From Octopus vulgaris (lineage: Eukaryota), in contig OX597817.1 in assembly GCA_951406725.2 (NCBI GenBank), forward strand, positions 174,034,001 to 174,098,000: 64,000 nt of DNA, given 5' to 3'. A program made the translations under genes and the position numbers. The stretch's first letter is position 1. Every line of letters begins with the position of its first letter. The notes beneath the pieces were generated by a model. The model made no database searches and was not told the DNA's origin. It was given only the letters and a program-made list of their open reading frames with translations. Below, piece by piece: positions 25,801 through 40,499 of the stretch.

Positions 25801-27615
25801 ATATGAGGCAATCTGTGGAGAAGATCTGTGCTGTTAGCATACTAAAAATGTTGGACCATGGATTAGGATAATACTTGAACATTGTTGCTGTTAAGTGAAG
25901 TCATCATCTAAAGTCTGGCTTATTTTTCCTTTGTATAAAGCATTGCAAAGTTTGTGAGATGCGGTTGTATTGATTTTATTGTAATGGTCATATCTTCATA
26001 ATGCTTATATTATTCTCTTGACTCCTAGTGACAGATATATCTTATGATGTTCTGTTTCTGTTGCATTTATATCCCTTTATACCCAGATCAGCTTAGCTGA
26101 TCACCCTTTATGAGGTTGATAGAATAAATTTAAACAAAGTGCTGGGGTGTTGATGTAATTGACTAATGACCCTTGAAGAAGGTGCCCCCAAGAGGGCTGC
26201 AAGCCTAAGCTACTTCAGGATAGCTGCTGTCCATGTAAAGAATTAAAAAATTTAGACATACATTCATCTATATACATGCAGACAAGACATACCATGAACA
26301 TGTATGTATAATTATAGTACGTAAGTGAAGAAGGAAATGGAGTAGAAAAGCATGATGAAGCAAAAAAGAGGTGTTTTTGTAAATGGGAAGAATGAAAGGT
26401 TTTTAGAAGTTAGTTTGTAAAATGTGTGTATAGTGGGATTAATACATTGGTAAATACCAGCAAAAATAACTTAAGCAGATGAACGTCTTCATGTGCACAT
26501 GCACACCAGGTTGTAAACATTCGTTAAGGTGCCACTAATCACAAAAATAAAGGAAGTAAAAACAAGGGTTGCCATAAGGGAAAGAGAAAGAATTAAGAAA
26601 CATATATTTTCATTGATGCTGGTAGGTGAAGCTGTTCTAATGCAGTGACCCCCGCAACCTTTTTTGCACTACAGACAGAGGGATCACATGCATGGTGTAT
26701 AATTTAATGCTTAATACATATATGATTATAGACATAGATAGACATATATGATACAAAAACACCCTACAGACTGTGATAGTCAATAACATAGAAGTAGAAT
26801 TTTAAAATTTATTCTTTCTGTGCTGCCTGGTATCAAATGATCCACAGCTCAATAATGGTCTGCAGCTGAGTGTTCTGAAGGCAGTACTCTTTATGCTTGT
26901 GAATATGAGTCAGTCTGAGACATGCTGGTCGACAGGTTAGAAGTGTCCTTGAATTTGCTGATACTTAGGTGTTAAGTGTTTCTTCTGTGTATAACGCATT
27001 GCAAATCTTATTTGTGGTGCAGTTGTATTGATTTTATTCTAATGGTTTTGTTTCTTACAATACTATTCTCTTGACTCCTAATACATCATTGGCGTGTTTG
27101 AGAGAAAGTCATCATGCTAATGATAATGATTTCTTACATTATTACACAGATTTGTTATCATCACAGACTTGTTGGGGAAGAATTCGAGTTGATTGACTTC
27201 ATCATAACTTTCTGCGGGTCCAAATACTTTTGTCTCCTGTTCAGAGCTAAAGAGTGTCAAAACCTATGGAGCTAATACTACAAGACAATTTTTTAATTAT
27301 TTCTGGACTCCCCCTCCTCCTCCTCATCATCAATAATGTTTTACTTTATTTGTCACTAGGCAATTGATGTGTAGGACATTATATGGACAGGCTATAACCA
27401 AAAAAAGTGTAGGGGACTGTGGTGCACACTTACACACACACACACACACACACACATATGTTTAGGCACAGAATTACACTATTATATGTATATATATGTT
27501 TTGTATGTTATGTGTTAGCATGCTTATAATGGCTTATATATGCCCTCTGTTTAGATATGTGTTGGCTTTGATGAGGAGTATTATTGACCTTGGAACTTGT
27601 CTCTTTCACATTAAT

Positions 27616-27715
<100 letters not shown>

Positions 27716-28747
27716 TTTAAAACTAATTGTTTTCCTCATATCTTACCTTTTACTTGTTTTATTCATTACATTGTGACTATGTTGGGACACTACCTTGAAG
27801 AATTTTAGCCAAATGAATCTATCCCAGTACTTATTCTATTGGTCTGCTTTGCTAAACCACTAAGTTACAAGAACATAAATGCACAAACACCAGTTCTCAA
27901 GCAGTGGTGGGGGACAAACATGGACATGCTCACTCACACACACACACACACAATGAGCTTCTTTCAGTTTCCGTCTACCGAATCCACTCACAAAGCTTTG
28001 GTTGGCCCAAGGCTATAGAAGAAGACACTTGCCAAAGGTGCCATGCTGTGGGTAGGAAGCAAACTTCTTAATAGACAGCCATTCCTGTGCTTATAACCGC
28101 ATTAAATTTTTAGACAGTTTAGCATTTTGCTTATCTATTGCTGTATTTGTTATTTAGTTCCTGGTCAATTATAATTGATCCAATTTAAGATCAAAGACAC
28201 TTGACTGTCCCACTTTTTTTTCTTTGCTGGCTTAGTGTTATCTATGACTATATTATCTCTTGTGTTTTCCCTTTTCTGATGCCATAGTGCATGATTTGCA
28301 AGAAATTTGGCCGATATTTTTTTAGCAATTCAATCATTCACTTCAAGGCTCCATTGTATATGTGAATTGACACTAACAAAAGCTGAGTGAGGTTTAAAAT
28401 ATTGATTGAAAATAGACCTAAAGTCATCATATGTGTCATTGAACAGTGTATACAATCTATATAGAGCTTACCTAATTATCACAAATTTGCACTTTGCTAA
28501 TTACAACAATAGGCATATGAAAATAAATGTACTGTAAGTTAATTGAAATATCTTGACCTATATATTATACAACCCCTGGTAGAATCATCACCAGCACTCC
28601 TGCTAAGCTGTACACTTGTATATCCATACGTTTTGCAACTAGGAATGGTCGGGGGGGAATGTTTGCACACAAGGTTTTCAGCAAGAAATTAGGTTTTAAT
28701 TTATTAATGGAAGCAATCTGAGAGATGTTTACTCTCAGGATAATGCC

Positions 28748-28928
28748 ATGGCTGTGTGGTAGGAAGCTTGTTTCCTAACCACATGGTCCCAGGTTCAGTC
28801 CCACTGTGTGGTACCTTGGGCAAGTGACTTCTCTAGCCTCAGGCCGACCAAAGCCTTGTGAGTGGATTTGGTTGACGGAAACTGAAAAAAGCCTGTGTGT
28901 GTGTGAACACACATATATATGTATATGC

Positions 28929-28965
<37 letters not shown>

Positions 28966-29130
28966 TGTGTTTATGTCCCTGTAAATTAGCAGTTCGGTAA
29001 AAGAGTCCGATAGAATAAGTACTAGGCTTACAAAGAATAAGTCCTGGGATCAATTTCTTTGACTAAAACCCCTTTCAGGTGGTGCTCCAGCATGACCGCA
29101 GTCAAATGAGTGAAACAAGTAAAAGAATAA
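28748..29130 (+). mobile_element. SINE family A, near full length
   Basis: Head, body, (TA)n and GAAACAAGTAAAAG tail all present. Confidence 0.85.
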
Positions 29131-29149
29131 AGGAACACACACACACACA

Positions 29150-29365
29150 AAATCCAGACATCAGATTTTTCTCCATTTTTTTCCCCTTCTCCATTCGTTT
29201 TCTTTTCACATTTCTTTCAGTAGAAGAATGTAGGCTCAAAACATCAAAGACTTCTTCCATTTTTCCTGAGCATCAAACTAATACAGCCTGTTTGTTGTTT
29301 CCTTACCTGTCTCTGTCTTTTTTTGTTGCTTTTGTTTTTTGTATAATTTTGAACCACATCCACAC
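29150..29365 (+). mobile_element. Degenerate relative of the 1157-1350 hammerhead insert
   Basis: Same layout (pyrimidine run, motif, TTCCTGAG, TTGTTCC); the motif at 29213-29250 keeps stem I TCTTT/AAAGA but the core is mutated. Confidence 0.55.
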
Positions 29366-30063
29366 ACTTATAAATATGTATGTATGTATGAATGTATGTA
29401 TCTGTGTGTATGTGTGTGTCTTTGTGTTTGTCGTTTGTCCACCAACACTACTTAACAACCGGTGTTTGTCTGTGTCTCCATTATTTAGCAGTTTGGCAAA
29501 AGAGTCTGATAGAATAAGTACCAGATGTAGAAAAATAAATACTGGGTTGATTTGATTGACTACACACTTCACGGAGGTGCCTCTGCATGGCTGCTGTCCA
29601 CTGATTGAAACGAATAAAAGATAAATGCAAGTTTCTATGGACATCCATTGTAAGAAAAATTAAGGGATCATTGTTTGTCTCTGATGCAGACATATAGTTC
29701 TGTGCCCATCCTGCAGTTGAATCATCCAAAGATACCATTTGGATGAAAGCTAACAATCGTAGGTTAGTGTCATCTTTTTAATGCTCTGTACATTAAATAT
29801 GTTATTTAGAGTAATTAGAAATATATATGTTCTGATTAAAAAATACAAAATGAAAAACAAAAAAATCATTAGTTAATGATTAATATTAAGAAGATATTTT
29901 TCCTTCGATTTGCTGGTATGTCTGGAAATCACATTTTGAGCTCTAACTAGGAAGCCTGTAAATTGTTGCTCAACCTGTTGGAAACAACTGTCAAGTATAT
30001 ACAAGCAAATTTGCCTTAAATTACACTATACTTTCTCAAAGAAGATGGATACATTCTTCTCAA

Positions 30064-30552
30064 AAGTTCCCATGCAATTGCTTATTAGTCAAATGATCTC
30101 TCCAGGTAACATTCAAAGCCACTCTTAGCATGTGAGTGTAGGTTCCATTAAATCTTTTTTCCCAATTTTGAGGTAAGGGTCCATGCTGAGCAGCCATACA
30201 ACAGAAGAGGTAACAGCTGCTTGAAAGAGGCCCCTTTTCATATTATCTGGAAGTCTAGATTTTCCTGCTGCAGATAACCTTCATCCATTATCAGGCATTG
30301 TTAAAGAGCGTAGAGTCATATTTGCAGGGCATTGCTGGAGAGTTAAAGACAAAATTGTTAGTGAATTTCTTTTGTGGGAGCTTACACAAGGAAGAGCTAG
30401 CAGGGGATGACAAGCCAAGACCTGTATGAAGCAGATTTGTGATGACAAACTACAATCCCTCTGACCTGCCAAATATGATGAAGAACAATAGAATTGCATG
30501 GCAACAGAGAGTCGTAGGAATTGATACAAGCAGTGTGACCAGATGATGATGA
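30064..30552 (+). pseudogene. RTE-clade LINE 3' fragment with an inverted 5' part
   Basis: Minus 30275-30064: SRLPDNMKRGLFQAAV...ALNVTWRDHLTNKQLHGN. Plus 30276-30552: NLHPLSGIVKERRVIFAGHCWRVKDKIVSEFLLW, ending in a (GAT)n tail. Confidence 0.75.
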
Positions 30553-32667
30553 CATTGCATGAGTATTGTTTTAAGTTATATACAAAAATGACAATAGGTG
30601 GCTACAGCTAGAATACGTTTGATTATAGATTTGCTTGATCATGGGTAAACAACAGCAACAGATTGTAGCCATTCTACATTTGAATTCAGTTTAATTCAAA
30701 TGATGTAATTTTGAATGGAATAATGTCTCCATATGGTTACTAATCTCATAAACTGTATTTGCTGTATACAGCTGATATTGTAGCAACTCTGTATGAGCAT
30801 AACTATTCTAGTTAATGTCTGTAATTATTTGCACTTTAATGTAGTGTCATAGACTCGATAAACAAAATACTGTGATAGTGCTGCTACTACGCATTCAGAT
30901 ATCCCAGACTACATTAAATATAGGCCACTCGACTAGTAGCCATGAAGTCACTTGCTAACATGCACCAACCTGTGGCTCACTGCTCTGCTGACTTCTCACT
31001 CAGCCTTTTTCTAATGCTATGCCCACAACCATTGTCCTCCTCTTTGTCTAGTCCCTCACCTCGGAACACTGTCCTTTTAGAATACTCTCTCAGCAGCTGA
31101 GTATCCCTAATCTTGCAAGCTCGTAAGTGCTGGTGCCACATAAAAAGCACCATACCGGTGCTGTGTAAAAGAACCCAATACACTCAGTAAAGTGGTTGGT
31201 GCTAGGAAGGGCATCCAGCCTTAGAAACCATACCAAAACAGACGTGGAGCCTGAACAGCCTTTCAACTGGTCAGCTTCTGTCAAACCATCCAAACCATGC
31301 CAGCATGGAAAATGGACATTAAAGGACTATTGCTGCTGTTGTTGTTGTTCAGTTTATCAAATCCAGTCGCATGGCTTTGGTCAGCTTGAAGCTATAATAG
31401 GAGACAGTTCTCCCAAAGTGTCACACAGTGGGACTGAACCTTGAACCATGTGTTGGAAAATAAACTTCTTACCACAGAGCCACACCTGCACCTGAGTTGA
31501 ATTTAAACTTAATCGGGTATGAAACCTAAGCCATTTTATCGAAACTTTTTTTTTTATTATTATTTGTATGTGTTTGGACCAACAAAACGAAACCAATATA
31601 TGGTCGGAAACTATGCTGTGTGAGAATTGAACATTCATCATAATTCAACTAATTAATCATGCATTCATTGTTGACATTTAGTTAGTATTGCCATAGATTT
31701 CCAGATCTATTAAATTTCTCAGCATTATTATCTAAGGATTGTGATATTTAAGTAAGGTGTTTGTTACACCGTTATACCTTATTAATCTTTGAAGCCTTTA
31801 ATTATGTTTGTATTTTTATTTAACTCAGTAGTAAGATAATCATTCCTATAGCATCAAGGCTATGTGTTGCATTTACTAATAACTTTTCATCATCGCATAG
31901 CCCACTCACATTAATTTCTGATGTATATCAATTTATAGGAGAAAGAGAGAAGACAGCTTGCTATCCCTGCAATTTTAATGAGTTGTTAATGATGTTAGAA
32001 TATGTAATGTCTACAAATGAGAATTTAAAAAAAATAGAAAAAAGAGTGCAAACTTAGAATTAACCTCTTCTAAGTTGATTTGTACAATACTAGTCTTTTG
32101 TTATGCCCAGGGCATTTTAACCCTCTTATTGTGGAAATCAGATATAGCCTCTCAATACTTCATTATTCTTACTGCAGAAAGCAGGTTTTTTTTAAAAAAT
32201 ATACTAATCTATCTTTTGTTGAGGAATGCCATATTTGAAGCCATTTTCATTTGAGGTTTATTGAGGCAGTGTGACTTGCAGAAAATACCAGTTCTATTTA
32301 TTTTTAGTAGGTATTTAACATCATTGCTGGAATAACCGTGAAAGTTAATTTCCCAGTCAAATTGTTAAATGAGGAGCAGTGTAAGGCTTGACTAACTCAA
32401 TCCATTGTTGTTTGTTTTTAAATTATCTTTTTATTTTATTTTCATAATTTCGCTTTTATACTTTTTACCTTAAGGCCTGACTATTACTTTCTTTTGAGAT
32501 TTCTCTGCCTGGGCTTAGAATATTCTAAGAGATCCTCAATCAATTATAGCCTTATCATCTACAGTTCTGTCATTAATGAATTCTATTTGTCTTCAGTATG
32601 AGATTAAGCTTTACATTTTAATCTAAATTATAATCATTTTAGCTTAACCATTTAGCATACTCTCTTT

Positions 32668-33051
32668 CTCTTTTTCTCTCTTTTACTTGTTTCCGTCATT
32701 TGACTGCGGCTATGCTGGAGCACCGCCTTTAATCGAGCAACTCGACCCCGGGACTTATTCTTTTTTGTAAGCCCAGTACTTATTCTGTTGGTCTCTTTTG
32801 CCGAACCACTAAGTAACGGGGACATAAACACACCAGCATCGGTTGTCAAGCAATGCTAGGGGGACAAACACAGACACACACACGCATATATATATATCTA
32901 TATACACATATATACGACAGGCTTCTTTCAGTTTCCATCTACCAAATCCCGAGGCTATAGTAGAAGACACTTGCCCAAGGTGCCACGCAGTGAGACTGAA
33001 CCTGGAACCATGTGGTTGGTAAACAAGCTACTTACCACACAGCCACTCCTA
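32668..33051 (-). mobile_element. SINE family A, young copy
   Basis: CpG-retaining and very similar to 54862-55257 and 62257-62648. Confidence 0.9.
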
Positions 33052-34867
33052 CTATTTATGTATACTTTATGGAATTTTATGCTTATCATTTACAACATTA
33101 AAAATTACTGCTGCTGAACATGCCTATGCTCTACATTTCAACTGTATAAAATTATAGTTGTATTACTTGTTTTAGAATATAAATTTACTGATTACAGGTA
33201 TATTAGGTGTAGGTGTGTCTGTGTGCTAAGAAGTTTGCTTTCCAACCATATAGTTTCAGGTTCAGTCCTACATGGGTATATGTCTTCTACTATAGTCACA
33301 GACTGACCGAATTTTTTTGAGTGGACTTGATTGATGGAAACTGAAACAACCCCCTTGACTGTCAGTGTTTGTTTGTTTATGATCCCATAATTTAGTAGTT
33401 TGGCAGACGAAACCAATAGAATAAACACCACACTTAAAAAAAAAAAAGTGGTGGTCTGAGATTGCTTTGTTTGACTAAACCCTCCAAGGTGGTGTCCCAG
33501 CATGGCCACAGTCTAATGACTGAAACAAGTAAAAGGTATTGGTATGAAGTCAAATGGTTTTTGGATTGACATTCTTCTAGATAATGATTTTTTCTCAGTT
33601 TGTTTCTGAACAATAAAACTTAATTAGAAAATTTTAAAGCATTTATATTGAATTATCATTAGATTTAGCTGTAGATTTTACATTGTGAAGCACAATAGAC
33701 TTCTGTTTTAGTACGGTACAGTATCCATTTGTTGTTTTTTGTTAGCTGCAAGCTGGCCTTCATTCAGCAAACCTATGGCCAAATAGTTTTTTAGCTGTTA
33801 CCACCCTGACTTTAAAAAAAAAAAATTGTGACTGCATTGCCTAATGTGTCCTTAATTTATTTTAAGAGGGTAAGGTATAATTTGAATGAGATTTGGCTGC
33901 TATTTCTAGGATGTCCGTTTTGAGAGGTGAAATAAAAGAATGAGTTAAAACACCAAAATTTAAGTTTTGACAAGTGCTTCATTGAATTCTTTCCCAAGTT
34001 TTAATTTCAATGCAAACATTGTATAGTGTTTTATAGGAAAATAGTTATCTTAACATCATTTGAGTAAGCAACTGGCTTTCTACTTGTCTTTCATACATGT
34101 TAGATGCTATTGAGTCCAGATATAGGTACATAGAGTGGTTGTGGAACTAATCTTGGCTCTAGAAAAGAAAGGCAGTGGAGGCATAGTTGTTAAGATAATC
34201 ATGGCAACCATTTTAACAGAAGGGGAAACAAACTCACTTCATTGAAAAATGCTGCTGTGCTTTAAATTGTATGACAGATGATATTTATTAGTTATCCAGA
34301 ACTAGATAAAGAAATTGCTGAATGCAGTTGCAAAAAATATTAGGTCATTAATGGCTTTATTTCATTTTTTTTTTTTTTAATGAACTAGCTACCATAAGTA
34401 TGTTTATATAGAAACTGGGAATGGAACAATGGGACACAATGCTTTCATTATTTAATGATTTTCGTTCTTTAATACTTGTGGACATTTTTTTCTGTAAATG
34501 TTTTGTGACGTATTATATACATTATTGGAAAGAAAGATGCATTCTGGAAACCATTCAGATTATGTACATTTGTGTTTGAAACTTAATAAGGTTCTTCTGA
34601 TGCTTTATCATGTTGAACATTGATGAAAATGAAACAAATAAAACAATATTTGTAATAGTAATCGTAGATGGTTCCAATTACATCTTCTTGTTGAGCAGCT
34701 TTCATTTTATTAGAAATAAATTGAATTTTTACAACCTTCTCAAAAATAATTATGGTTCATAACAGTGAATGAATAATGGTAGTAGTAGTAGTAGTAGCAC
34801 CTGGCAAAAACCCCCAGCAAATTCACTATTCTTGATAAACATTTCAAAAGAAAACTACAGTGTGCAC

Positions 34868-34904
<37 letters not shown>

Positions 34905-36552
34905 GGTGGTGGTGGCGAGTTGGCCGAATGATTAGCATGCTGGGCAAAATGCTTTGCAGTATTTCTGAGTTGAAATTATGCTGAGATCAACTTTGCCTTT
35001 TCCATCCTTTCAGAGTCAGTACTAGTTGAGTACTAGGGTTGATGTAACTGACTTACCCCTCCCCCAAAATTTCAGGGCTTGTGCCTATTGTACAAAGGAT
35101 TATTATTATTATTATTATTATTATTTCTAATATAAGCACTTGGCTGGTACTTCATTTTATTGACTCTGAACGAAAGGCGAAGTTGGCCATGGTTGGATTT
35201 GAACTCAATGTAAAGAGCCAGAACAAATAGCTTAGGGCATCCTGCTCTGTATACTAATAAGTCTGTTAGTCCACTGCCCTTAATCTTTTCTACTGTAGGC
35301 ACAAGGCCTGAAATTTTGGTAGAAGGGGCTAGGTGCTTGCATCAACCCCAATACAGCATTCAGGCTATTCTCATTTCTTTATTGCCCACAAGGGGCTAAA
35401 CAAGGACAGACAAAGGGTTTAAGTTGATTACATCGACCCCAGTGCATAACTGGTACTTAATTTATCAATCCTGAAAGGATGAAAGGCGAAGCCAACCTCA
35501 GCAGTATTTGAACTCAGAACGTAACAGCAGACAAAATACCACTAAGCATTTCTGCCAGCTCACCGCCTTCTGTCAGGCTATTCTCTCAAACATAATGCCT
35601 ATTTGTTCACATTATTTTGAATTAATCGTGCATTACTCTGTAGCTTTGTTATTTTGATGATGTGATTATTTCATTTCAGAATGACATTGTAGGATAGGAA
35701 GGATAGGCCAGATCTCTCCAGTTTGAACATAAAAAACAATTAGAATACTTAGGCCAGATATGGCCAGTTTGAATGCTAAAAGGTTAATCAACCAATTTAA
35801 TCTAAATAATATTAAATACTAAACATTGTAAATTTAGTTCTCTTGTAATTACAACATAAATTAGTGTAACTGGACTTATATATTTTGTCTTGTATTTTGT
35901 TATTTTGTGAACTCTAACATCATTGGTTACTGAATTCCAGATAGCCAATCACTGCTAAACTGCATTTCTGGTTGTGAGGATGACCAGGGAGTGTCTATAA
36001 TTTGGTGCAAAACACTTTGTGGTAGAAAAGACCTTGTCCAAAGGGATTGCTTTTTTTTCTTTCATTGTTTGTCTTTTACCTTTTTAGCTAGTATACATAA
36101 GGAAGTACATATATTGCAGCATTGTTACATAACAACATGGTCTCTTTCAGGCATTGGTATCTATAATCACAGTGCAAAATGTATTCCAGTCATGACAACA
36201 CAATTGAAGAGAATGAAACTTTTTGCTTTCATTCTTTTATCTTTTAGATCAATATTGGATCAGAATTATATAATAGAAAAATCATGCATATTGAATGTAG
36301 CCCATCAAATTATTTTTCTTTAATTTTCTTTGTTATCAGTGGTACATATAACTATTCTAGTCTTAGGCCATGTTTTGGGATTTTATCTATTAATTCTACA
36401 AGTTCAGTCATAACAGACATTCTTAGAGAAGACAGTTATCCTATTTCTTTGGATGACTACATTTCAATATTACTTTCAATATGTATCTTCAAGGCCATTC
36501 TAAGAGCATGGCTAATCAACACAGCTATGGAAACTTGCTGTCTAAGCACACA

Positions 36553-36612
<60 letters not shown>

Positions 36613-39600
36613 GTTAACCTGTCTTTCAATTGGACAAAAATCCTGTTTTACAACTGACAAATATTCCAGCACAATACATACTCAACTGATTTAGTATTGC
36701 TGCTTTTAATTGCATGCAGATTGTTTACAGAGTTCTGAATGATTAATATATTTGGATTCATAGATATGTATAAAAGACACATTTTCATGAATAGAAGGTC
36801 ATTTTTATTATTTGCTTAGTCTAACAACTTCTCAGAAAAAAAAAAAAAAGAATCTGACCCTCCGATTAAGGTAGAGAAACTATCTGCAAAACAATGCGGT
36901 GACTGCATTGAAATACAAATCTAAGATGTTGTACTAAAGCATCTTATTAAATTTAAATGTTGAATCTTACATTTCCAAATGCCATGGAATCTTGTGAAAA
37001 GCTCTTTGCATTTTTCTTTAACAACATTTGAGATGTTCTGTTATAGGTAGTATTAGTTCCTTAATTAGACACAAAGCCACAAATATATAAGAAAATGTTA
37101 TATTCAAGTGAATTTACACTAATATGCTACTGGTATTTGTTTTATGAATCCTGGAGAAATGAAAGATAAAGTCAACTTTATAACAAGATTTGAATTTGGT
37201 ATAGAAGGGAGTAATTAAATCCTGCAAAGTTCAGAGTTCTGCTGTTTATGTTATTGTTCTTTAACCCTTTCGATGCCAACCCATCTCAGATTGCCCCTAG
37301 TTTTGTGATACATTCAGTTTTAAAGTGATGTAAATTAAAACTTTCCATCAAAGTTTTGTGTTGATTTATATTCCAAAACACCAACTAAATAATGAGAAGA
37401 TTATGTCACTAAATTCTTCATTATTTTCAAAATTAATTGGTGTGAGAAGGTGTTTCATCTAAAGTATGGCAATGAAGAGTTAAAGATGCTTAAAGCTGCT
37501 GGGTTTCACAAGTTGTCAACAATTAAGGTGCTAACTAAACTTGATGTTACTTACTTTCACTGATTGGATGTGAACAAGTGATTTTTATTTTTTGCCATAA
37601 TATGGTAATATTAATTATTAATAGTATTAACGCACTCCACATATGTAGAGATAGTCTTTGCACTGTATAATGCTGTAATATTTGATTAATTGAAAAGTAT
37701 GAAACTTTTTTCTTTTTAACTTAGCTTTAGATTTACTATTAGAGAAACAGGTGGGAGAAATAAAAAAAAGGTATTTGAGTTATTTTGTTGAATCAGTTTA
37801 TCTCAATGAAACGGCCTCAAGTCAGATTTGCACAAGTAATTCATTGAATTTGGGAGTGATTCAGAAGAAGTTGAACACATCAGATATGTCGTGTGTCTCT
37901 GTAGTCTGGAATTCTGTTGGGTGTATTTCAGTGGTCTGTTATGGAGGTTTAATTTAATATTTTGACATGTTCTATCCCCTGTTTCTCAAAATCGTAAGCC
38001 AAGACATTGTTAGATTTGAAAATCTTTTGATTTTCAGAAGTCTTACACTTTCCATGTTTTCCTTAGAGATTGTGGTAGTGATTGGTCATTCATTGAATGT
38101 CAATAACACTTCCCTGCCATTTACCACACAGTTAACAATTAAGCTCAACTAAGAACTTTAGCCTTTGAAGGAATTGCTGAGTTTTTTTACATTGTCTGGG
38201 TCAAGCAATGGGTTAGGGCTTGAATTATATTTGTAGTAATGTGTTGATTTTTCTTCATTCATTAATCTTATGGGTATTAGTAATTGTCAGAGTTTAATGG
38301 ACTCCTTTTGGACTGGAGATAGGGTAACTGTATGGGTTCTGAGCAGAGAGACGAGGGCAGTGGTGGGGAAACAAGCTTGCTGAGTGGGTGTATATTGTAT
38401 ACTGTGAACAAGTTCAAAAGAATTGTAAATTGTTACCAGAGCAGTAAAAATGGTAGGAGCTATCACAGTATTATAATAGCTAAAAGGGTGTAGAATATTG
38501 CTAGGTGAATGCTTTTTGTTTTGTGGTGGTGTTACAGGGCTGGAAGGAATTATTGATGATATGATAAGTATCTTCTTTGATTATGTATTTTATCCATTTG
38601 GTTCTGTTGTTGGAGGCAATTTACATCATTTCTTAAGGGATGTGATGTTATTTTTCTAGTTCTGAATTCTGAATATTTGTGGTTATTGGTTGTGTCAGAT
38701 AGACATTTTTATCATAATTTATTTCATTGCAGCAATAAATAATGTTACTTAGTTCTGTTGACACTTGATAATAATTTTAATATTTTGAGTTGATGTTGTG
38801 GATTTAATCTGGATTCCTAGTTGGTACCATTTAGCATTATTGAAGGAAGGGTCTGATCACGTTGCCTTGTCCTTGACAAATTAGGTGAACACAGACATTT
38901 TTTCATTTATCAGCTTCAGCTCTTTTTACACTAATTCTATGAAGACAGTTATCTTTCTGGTAATCTTTCTTTTCTTCAGCAATTATTTAGCATATTCATT
39001 TCCTTGACTTATCTAAATCATTTCCTGACAACAAACCGTTCTGTATTCTTCACTACTTTTTCAATACTTCTATTCTCCAGTAATATTCTTTCTAAACTTC
39101 CATCGATAGAAACCATCTCCACATTCAGACTGGAATGGAGATCAAGGACATTTGATAAGAACAATACACAAATGTCATCTCAAAGGTAAAGAAAGAGATT
39201 TCAGCTACACATCTCTGTGGATAGCTGTCAGCTTAAAGTGTCATCTATGCTATATGAAATGCTGAGATTAATAGTTATCTCCTGTGATCTCTTTTGGGAA
39301 CATCCTCAATTTAACCAGAGTTTTATTATGAAAACTATTTATTCCTTGACTTCCAACAATGTTTTTCTGCCTAAGTCTGGTTAAATGTTTTATTTAGCAT
39401 AACTAAGCAACATGTTTTTTTTCTTGAAGACAGAACACATCCTGGGATTCTCTTCTTCACCTCGTATTCAATTGAATTTTTCTTCTTTTATCTCACTATA
39501 CTTGAGGTGTCATTTTAACATTGTTTTGTATTATTTGCTTACTTTAGAAAAACACAATCTCAAGAGCAATGAATTTCAACTGTGGTTATGCTGTATGGAT

Positions 39601-40499
39601 TATGTCTTAGAATAGTTTTTGTTTTCTTTGTTTGTTTGTATGTGTAACTTAGCTCAATCACTAAATATCAACTTCAATAACTAATTCTGTGAATTAAAAG
39701 AAACAAAAAACGATTTCAATGAATATGAATGAGTTATTCAGTGATTAAAATGTTAAGGAGTTCTTTTCTTGCTGATCAAGTGAATCAATCAACAAATAAG
39801 CAAATAACAGCTGGGTAAAAAAAAAAGGGCTTCTTCCTGACCTTTAAAACCCTAACTTGGAAAAACTACTATTAAAATTAATTATTATTTAGAAATGTTG
39901 CACTCTAAGGAGTATATCACTGTGTGTGTCTGAGCATGCAAATTATGAAATATTCAAGATATTGTACCATAGAAATGTACAGATATTTTGCCTTGGAAAT
40001 CTACAGATATTGTGTGCCATGGTACATATAACTATTCTAGTCTTTGGCCATGCCTTGGGATTTTACAACTTGATTTTTCTCCTCCCACCTTCATGCATTA
40101 TTGAAATGATTTTGGTTATGTCTGCAAATTTTGCTAAAGAGTCATTGAGAAATCACGAAATTGTTCCAAGGTAAACAGACAAACACTATCATTATTATAC
40201 TTATGTCCATATTAACCAATATATTAATTTTTAGGATGGTTAGATGTCACTAATGGAGATTTGGCTATTATTTATTCCTTCCAGGTTGAGTAACTGTGTA
40301 AGATTCCTTCATTGGCTCAGTGGTTTTTGTTAAATTGATAGGTGACTACTTTATTTAACCATTGAATAGACATCTTTGTATATTGAATCAATCCAGTCTC
40401 TTAAAATGGCTGTACTGAGAACAGTTGCACATTGTAATGGTTGATCTTAAAAGCTTTTGATTTATCCAAATTTGTTATCCATTTTTCTTGCATTGTATT

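Noticed and set aside
32514-32531. HSE-like GAAnnTTC palindrome (CTTAGAATATTCTAAG) suggesting HSF autoregulation
   Set aside because: Only two good nGAAn units; expected by chance in 64 kb of AT-rich DNA.
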